NCBI GenBank assembly: GCA_951406725.2 | Contig: OX597833.1 | Location: 64,728,001-64,792,000 of the forward strand | Direction: 5' to 3' | DNA from: Octopus vulgaris | Taxonomy: Eukaryota | Length of the DNA: 64,000 nt | The notes under the pieces: model-generated | What the model was told of the DNA's origin: nothing | The model's input: the letters and a program-made list of their open reading frames with translations, nothing else | Databases searched by the model: none | Position numbers and translations under genes: made by a program | Shown here: positions 56,171-64,000 of the stretch, one piece after another | How the letters are laid out: the number at the start of each line of letters is the position of its first letter | Position numbering within the stretch: position 1 is the first letter of the stretch

Positions 56171-56466
56171 TAAACTTCGAGCGTCTTCAATCAGCTTCCT
56201 CTTTATTCACTTTTCTCGACACTAGTATTTAGACAGAGTGTTACATATCGCAGGCACCCAATAATGACAGGTATAAACCTGAATTTGTAATCAGGGTAGA
56301 TTTCTCAATAGGTCAGGACAGGTATTTTCTTTTTTGGAGAAACTTACCTTCAAGTAAACATCCACGGGGCAGGTGATTTCCGAAACTGCACACAGTTTTT
56401 ATTCTCAGCATGGTCACAATCTGATAATTGATGCATGTAAATGCTAAAAGATAAAAGCTATACGTA

Positions 56467-56825
56467 GGCGCAGGAATGGCTGCGTGGTAAGTAGATTGCT
56501 TCTCAACCACATGTTTTCTGGCTCAGTCCCAATGCGTGACACCTTGGGCAAGTGTCTTCTACTATAGCCTCGAGTCGACCAAAGCTTTTTGAGAAGATTT
56601 GGTAGACTAGACGGAAACTGAAAGAAGCCCTTCGTATATGTGTATGTGAGTCCTCAACATCACCTGACGACCGATCTTGGTGTACTCCCGTAATTTGCGG
56701 TTCTGAAAAAGAGAACGATAAAATAAGTACTAGGCTTAGAATAAATAAATCCTGGCGGGAGTCGATTTGTTCGACAACAGGTGGTGCTCCAGCATGGCTC
56801 CAGTCAAATGACTGAACCGAATAAC
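56467..56825 (+). mobile_element. SINE (family of 7281-7680), diverged
   Basis: ggcgcaggaatggctgcgtggtaag...ggtgctccagcatgg..cagtcaaatgactga. Confidence 0.85.
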
Positions 56826-57258
56826 AGATTAATAGACGCACATACAAGAAACAGCTTTTCGCAATCCAAACTGATCATAACCTATGAAGTATAGAGTAAA
56901 GAGATTATACATCGAAAAATGAACAAGCGAATACCTACAGACTTCTCACCAGAAATAATATACATACTGCTCATAACAGTTTAGCAAATATTACGTCCAT
57001 GCTATTTATCTTACGGGTTATAAGTCGCAGATAGTATGCAGGAGCACTTAGATAATTTTTGACTGAACGGACGAGTTTTCGAAATTGATGGTTGTACTTA
57101 AATTATTGGGAAGTAAAAGAATTTGAGCGACATGCAATGATTTCGAGGAGTAGATTGGAAAACGATTTATGCTCTTCTCTCTTCTTAACGCCTTTCTCAC
57201 TACTATCTCTTTCAATAGACGTAAATACGTACATACGTACATATTATATATAACATAT

Positions 57259-57320
<62 letters not shown>

Positions 57321-57363
57321 CATACATACATACATACATACATACATACATACATACATACAG

Positions 57364-57404
<41 letters not shown>

Positions 57405-57561
57405 CGCACACACTTATTCATTTGCGTATAAGCGTATATAGACATACACGCCTATAGAGACATGAATCCATAGATATGAAATGCGTAAACAGACATATAT
57501 ATATATATACATATATATATGTGTGTGTATGTAAGTATGTATATAAATATATGTATATATG

Positions 57562-57598
<37 letters not shown>

Positions 57599-57721
57599 CA
57601 AGACATATTCATATATATATGAATGTAAAGAGACATACAGATTGATAGATATGAATATTTATATAGACATGTATATATATATGTATACATGAATTTGTAT
57701 ATGTGTCTATATATATGTGTA

Positions 57722-57752
<31 letters not shown>

Positions 57753-57824
57753 GTGTGAGTGTGTATTTAAGTGAGTGTGAATGTCAATGTATAAACGTAT
57801 GTATATATGTATGTATATATGTAT

Positions 57825-57863
<39 letters not shown>

Positions 57864-58218
57864 CATGTATGTATGTATGTGTGTGTGTGTGCGTGCGTGT
57901 ATATACGCATGTATGTATATATATATATGCGTGTATGTATACAGTTAGGTAGAGAGAGTGAGATGTTTTTCGATTAATGTCATACAATTTCAGGCTGAAA
58001 AGAGAAATGGACAAAAATAAACACCGCAAACATGCATGTATCGGATTCATAATTTATCTGTATGTAAACACCATAAACCCATCACCAATTTCACGCATAA
58101 AAGACACTCACATGTGTCTATATATATATATATGGAGGATTCCTATATATACACACATACGCGTAGACACACACACACACACATATATATATATATGTGT
58201 GCATGTGTGCGTGCGAGC

Positions 58219-58267
<49 letters not shown>

Positions 58268-58348
58268 AGAGAGCGAGAGTGTGTGGGACAGAGAGAGAGA
58301 GAGATAGACAGATAGATATTGATATATAAGTTTTTGTATTTATATATG

Positions 58349-58383
<35 letters not shown>

Positions 58384-58386
58384 GTA

Positions 58387-58476
<90 letters not shown>

Positions 58477-59559
58477 TGTACAAATTCATGTATCTAATTT
58501 AACTTATTCAGGAATATATCTGTACATTTATATATAGATATATACCCATCACTATATAGCTTTTGTATTTTCTGTATATGCATAAATGCGTTTATGTATG
58601 TATGCGTGCGTCCGATTGTGTGTGTGTGTACGTGTGTGAGTGTGTGTGTGTGTGTATGTGTGTAATGCATGAGTGAATACTGATATGAATTAGCATGCCA
58701 TGATGTGGCAACTCTGTTCGCACACACCTTATCTTACGCAATGCGGTAAAGGAGAATTCTCAACAGATATTCTTGCAATATATTTGAATATATTAAAAAA
58801 AATATGTATCAACAATAAGAAGTAGCGTTAGGTGGGAATTCTACGATAGCAAGATATTGAAATGAGGTGTCGTGTAAGAAAGATGACGTTCTCGAGTTAT
58901 TTGTACGCGTCTGTTTGAAAGCATTCACATGCCGAGTGGTACCATGGAAGAATTCCAATAATTCTATACCACATAGTATCATTGAAGAGCACTAACAGGT
59001 CGAGATCAAAACGAACAGGTACGGAACTGCCGTCAGGATAGCACTTAGGGCAACTAATCGGTATTGCAAACACGCTTGCCGTATTTCGGTCTTGTGAAAA
59101 TTATGTCCAACTCCTATGTAGGACGATTCCACGTGTAGGGCGATTCTGACAATCAGCAGAATCCATCGTGAGGTTAGCTTCACTCCCCATCTGTACCGAG
59201 AGAGTGCAGGTGGTTCCTACATCTAGTAGGTATGATTAATAGGTGTTATGGTGGACGATGCTGAAAGAATTTAGGAAAGACACAGTCCTCGTGGGTCAGG
59301 ACCTCACTGAATATTTTAAGATTCAAAATTTCATTTGAAAAAAGACACGAGGGTACAAAGGGCAATACTCTTTTCCAGTTAATTTGTCAAAGGATGAGTG
59401 ACTGTGGAAAAATGTTTAAGGACGTAGAGTGAGTTTCTACCTGTAGACTGGAGAAGAATGTTTTGGCCAGGGCGTATACCTTAGAGGCTCATGGTGACCC
59501 TACATCTTCATAGCCCTTGTATGGTCCTCCTCTGTCGAAACGTCAGCCTCATAGATGTA

Positions 59560-60849
59560 GGGGAGACCGGGTCTAGTTGTTACACGGGTAAGTTGTTACA
59601 AGCCCATTGTTTCCAACTTCAAGAAATTGGTGGCACCCGGGTCTCTACCTCGAAATGGCCAATTCCGTAGCATCATGACTGCGCATGTGTATTGCACTAG
59701 CGGGCTTGTCAGCAGGAAAGGTATGGCTCAAAAAACGATTTTTTACTCCAAAAGAGAAATTTTGCCATAAGGTTATTTCCTTAACTACTAAATCACAAGT
59801 GGTGTTACTGAAGAAGTTTGTGGATCATTAGAAAGTATTGGGAGTTGCCTTCGATACACGAAGGTGTGTCCTGGATGCCATGCATTGTTAGTGCTCTGTA
59901 CGAGATAATACCAAAAATTCCATGGTCAAGGCTAATTGTTACAGTATATGAACTTACCCCAGGCATGTAACATGTTATCCCTTCTATTTTAGTTTAACAT
60001 GTCATGCCTAGAAATTACGAAAGGAAGATTACAAGGGGAGATATCCCACCTGATGTCATGGAAAAAGCCGCCAGAAAAGTTGTGGATGAAAAGAAATCGT
60101 TACGGGATGTTGCCGTAAAACAGCGCATGGTGGATGAAATGAACGAACGGAAATCCAAACCAAAGGAGGCAACTGGTACGGAAAAACAAAAGAAAAAGTG
60201 AGGGGAGGAGAAGTCAATTAAAACAAATGAAGGCAAAGGGAAGCAGTCTCGCAGCAAGCAAATCGCCGATTGGAAATGCCTTGTCTGCTCAGATTGGTAT
60301 TCCAACTCCCTTCCAGGTGAAGAATAGGTGCAATGGATAATCTGTAAAGACTGGACATACAGTGACTGTACCGATGGACGACAGGACTTTCTGTGTGATA
60401 TGTGTGGTGAGAAGTTAATGGAGGACAATTCCGACTAGATGGCACATGTAATAATGGGGAAATTGGCTGATGAGGACTCTCAGTATCACTGTTAGGACAT
60501 GAGATGGTTCAAAGCACAGTTAATTAATTAAAATAATACTTCCTAGAGACGTATTTATTTTAAACTTGTTTGTTAACATAATTCCGAGTTATCAAAAGTT
60601 GTAACAAAGTACCCCAGTAAATGTAACAACGTACCACGCACTCCGGGAAAATTGTTACAGCTGAAACTACCTCATTAATTAGGACCTGTCTAATTAATGT
60701 TATGTCAATTAGGTTTTTTTGCTGGTGATAAAAATAAATAGAGATGTTTTACTAATTAAATCTGAAAAGAAAGTCCAGCTGTGTTTATTTATGTGGGTGC
60801 CAAAGCAAAAAAAAAGAGAAACATTGTAACAGCTAGACCCGGTCTCCCA
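59560..60849 (+). mobile_element. Non-autonomous pogo/Tigger-like DNA transposon (internal deletion derivative)
   Basis: 25-bp TIRs ggggagaccgggtctagttgttaca (59560-59584) and tgtaacagctagacccggtctccca (60825-60849), two mismatches. TA on both flanks; repeated ttgttaca subterminal motifs. Confidence 0.88.
60004..60438 (+). pseudogene. Transposase remnant: HTH-psq N-terminus joined in frame to a PHD-finger C-terminus, DDE domain missing
   Basis: MPRNYERKITRG..MEKAARKV..SLRDVA, then CLVCSDWYSNSLPGEE*VQWIICKDW..DC..FLCDMC. Two in-frame stops. Confidence 0.75.
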
Positions 60850-60939
60850 TACTTACATATTTCGTATAATACGTACAATTTGATCTCAGTTATCCATCTC
60901 TTCGAATCCTTCGTCGTACTTTTGTATTGTCAATATATA

Positions 60940-61115
60940 GGCGCAGGAGCGACTGTGTGCTAAGAAGCATGCCTACTAACCACATAGTTCCGGGTTCAGT
61001 CACACTGCGTGGCACCCTGTACTAGTGTCTTCTAATTTAGCCTCGGACCAACCAAAGCCTTCTGGGTGGATCTGGTATATGGAAACTGAAAGAAGCCTGT
61101 CGTGTATATATATAT

Positions 61116-61177
<62 letters not shown>

Positions 61178-61220
61178 TGGTGTGCGTGTTTGTCTCCCGA
61201 CCGTCGTTTGTGTTATCAAT
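60940..61220 (+). mobile_element. SINE 5' part with internal (TA)n (family of 7281-7680)
   Basis: ggcgcaggagcgactgtgtg...ggaaactgaaagaagcctgtcg. Confidence 0.8.
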
Positions 61221-61239
61221 TAGCCAGGAACGTCCTGTC

Positions 61240-61990
61240 AGTGTTGACATGGGATCAGTGCCATGTAAAAGAGTAACGGGGAGAGGGATTCACCTTGAAA
61301 GATGCCTCGTTTGATGTTGATGATGTTAGTTTGGCTCATCCCATTACTATCGTTTACAAGGTGACGTGTGGTCCACTTGGCCATGCTGCCTTGTAAGAAT
61401 TTGGAGATGGCAAGAGAGATCTTATATATTTCAAGGTCCTTGAGTATCCAATTATGTGGAATATAATCACACGCTTTCCTGTAGACTTTCCCTACCATCC
61501 TCTCTTTTATCCAGTATTTCTCTACGATCGTTTTAATTATGAATAATTGATCTTTGCACCCATAACAGTTCCTTTTACGACCTCTTTGAGCTTGTGGAAG
61601 GATAGATCGCTGTTCAAGGAAAGCGTATATTCTGTCAGTTAAATATGGATGTGAGCATCTTGTAGGTGGCGTTGAGACATGTTATTGGTAGGTAATTCTT
61701 TGGATTTTTTTGTGTCTTCATCTTTTGGTAGAAGGTATGTTGTTCCTTCGGTCAGCCAAGCAACACTTCGCTCTGGGTTCTGGATGACATCAGTCAGGAA
61801 TGCGGCCAAATTTTGGTATACTTCTGTCAGACATTTTAACCAGAAATTAGCAATTCGGTCCACTCCTGCAGTTTTCCGTTTGGAAGACTTCCTAAGAACA
61901 CATCTTAGCTCTTTTGCCTTCCATTTCTGATCTTCAATCTTCAACTTCATTCACTCACACTTTCCCGCGCTTCATCCACAAATGCTTTAG
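61240..61990 (-). pseudogene. R4/Dong-like reverse transcriptase fragment (N-terminal RT subdomains)
   Basis: AGVDRIANFWLK, WLTEGTTYLLPK, NYLPITCLNATYK, QRG..GCKDQL, YRKACDYIPHNW, IKRGIFQGESLSPLLF. Frameshifted. Confidence 0.9.
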
Positions 61991-61994
61991 CATT

Positions 61995-62219
61995 CTTGTT
62001 GTTGTTGTTGATGTCGTTGTTGTTGATGATGTCGTTGTTGTTGTTGTTGTTGTTCTTCTTCTTCTTCTTCTTCTTCCTCTTCTCCACATTCTTCTTCTTC
62101 TTCTACTTTTTCTCCTTCTTCTACTTCTTCTTCTACTTCTCCTTCTTCTTCTTCTCCTTCTCCTTCTTCTACTCTTTCTCCTTCTTCTTCTTCTTTTTCT
62201 TCTTCTTCTTCTTCCTCAT

Positions 62220-62250
<31 letters not shown>

Positions 62251-62265
62251 TTATTATTATTATTA

Positions 62266-62358
<93 letters not shown>
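61995..62358. repeat. (GTT)n/(CTT)n/(ATT)n compound microsatellite
   Basis: Direct inspection. Confidence 0.97.
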
Positions 62359-62360
<2 letters not shown>

Positions 62361-62764
62361 GGCATTGTCGTTGATGTTATCATCGTGATATACTGCAATA
62401 CAAAACTTCTGTTTCTTTTTTTCCTTGCATCACTTCATCAAAGCAAAAATGCATTCAGGTGACGTATGTGCATTGAAGAGAACACACACGTGCGCCGGGT
62501 GTATATGTCTTAACACGCATCTCTATGAGCGTGTATTTCGGCGTACTTCGGCGTACGTTGGCGCATGTGTCAGGCTATAAGCTGCCGATACGTTTTCAAG
62601 CTCCGTTCCTATTTCTCCACTTATATCTAAACTGCCGAAAGCAGCTTTTGCCTTTATAAATGCTTTGCCGCTAAATCACGCACACACTTACATACGAGTG
62701 TGTGTGTGTGTGTGTAGATGTGTCGGTGCGTTTGTGTATGCATGTAGTTGGATTTGTGTAACTA

Positions 62765-62796
<32 letters not shown>

Positions 62797-63019
62797 TGTA
62801 TAAGTAATGATATGTACGAGCATGTGTGTAGATATAAGCTACGTGTATGCTTCTATGTAGATAGATGAACGTTCAGAAAGATAGTGAGGCAGACAGACAG
62901 ACAGACAAGCAGACAAACTCGGAAGACAGGCAGACATATATAGATACATAAAAATATAAATCGATACATATATACATAGACATAGTATGTATCTAGGTAG
63001 GTAGGTAGCTAGCTAACTA

Positions 63020-63375
<356 letters not shown>

Positions 63376-63810
63376 ATTTCTGTTCTTGAAACTTGTTCTG
63401 TTCTTTGATTTTTAACATTTAATGCAAAACTGAAATGGACCACCGGCGATTTCAAGAAAGAATATACGTTATGCGATCATTTGAACATTCTACTCAATGA
63501 AATAAATATATTTAAGTAGCTGAGTATTCAGTGAGAAAACCTGTCCCCTTAAGATAAACCACACCTTCAAATGAGGACGAGACTGTAGCGCTTCTGCACG
63601 TTTTAAATACATCACATTTGATTTGAGAAAACATGATTGTCTAAAATGTAACGCAGTAGGATAATTAAACTTCAATTATCCGCACCAACGCACGGTTGCA
63701 ACACCATATGGTCTTATGTCCAACCGTGTTTTTTCTGCTGTGATTTTTGCTACCCAGGTATCGGTTAAACTTTTGAATAATCCGTAACAAGATAATTCAT
63801 CTTTCCATTT

Positions 63811-63874
<64 letters not shown>

Positions 63875-64000
63875 CGCGTACATGCACATATACTTGCACG
63901 CCGTCTGTTTCGATGATGAAGGTGCCACTGGATCCGATCAACGGAACAGCCTGCTCCTGAAATTAATGTGGCCGATACGCGTACCTTTAACATAATTCTC

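Noticed and set aside
59484-59550. Functional hammerhead (gaggct...gac..gtc-GAAAC-GTC-agcctc)
   Set aside because: Stem I and the 3' half fit, but the CUGANGA box is destroyed (catggt); counted only as a relic.

Overview
AT-rich, microsatellite-saturated eukaryotic genomic DNA. The SINE families and repeat make-up match an octopus (coleoid cephalopod) genome; this is inferred from the repeats and not proven. I recognise no intact host protein-coding exon, and nearly all listed ORFs are translations of (TA)n/(GATA)n/(ATT)n/(ATC)n tracts. The window looks intronic or intergenic and holds: (i) tRNA-derived SINEs of several families, including seven head-plus-multimer arrays of a ~184-bp unit; (ii) decayed transposons (Helitron Pif1 helicase, mariner, maT-like DDE, a TIR-bounded pogo-like deletion derivative with HTH-psq and PHD remnants, R4/Dong, CR1, RTE and Penelope-like fragments); (iii) short elements, mostly embedded in or next to (TA)n, that carry type I hammerhead ribozyme motifs, two inside fold-back inverted repeats. 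The main leads are the hammerhead-bearing (TA)n elements and the SINE concatemers bounded by single target-site duplications.
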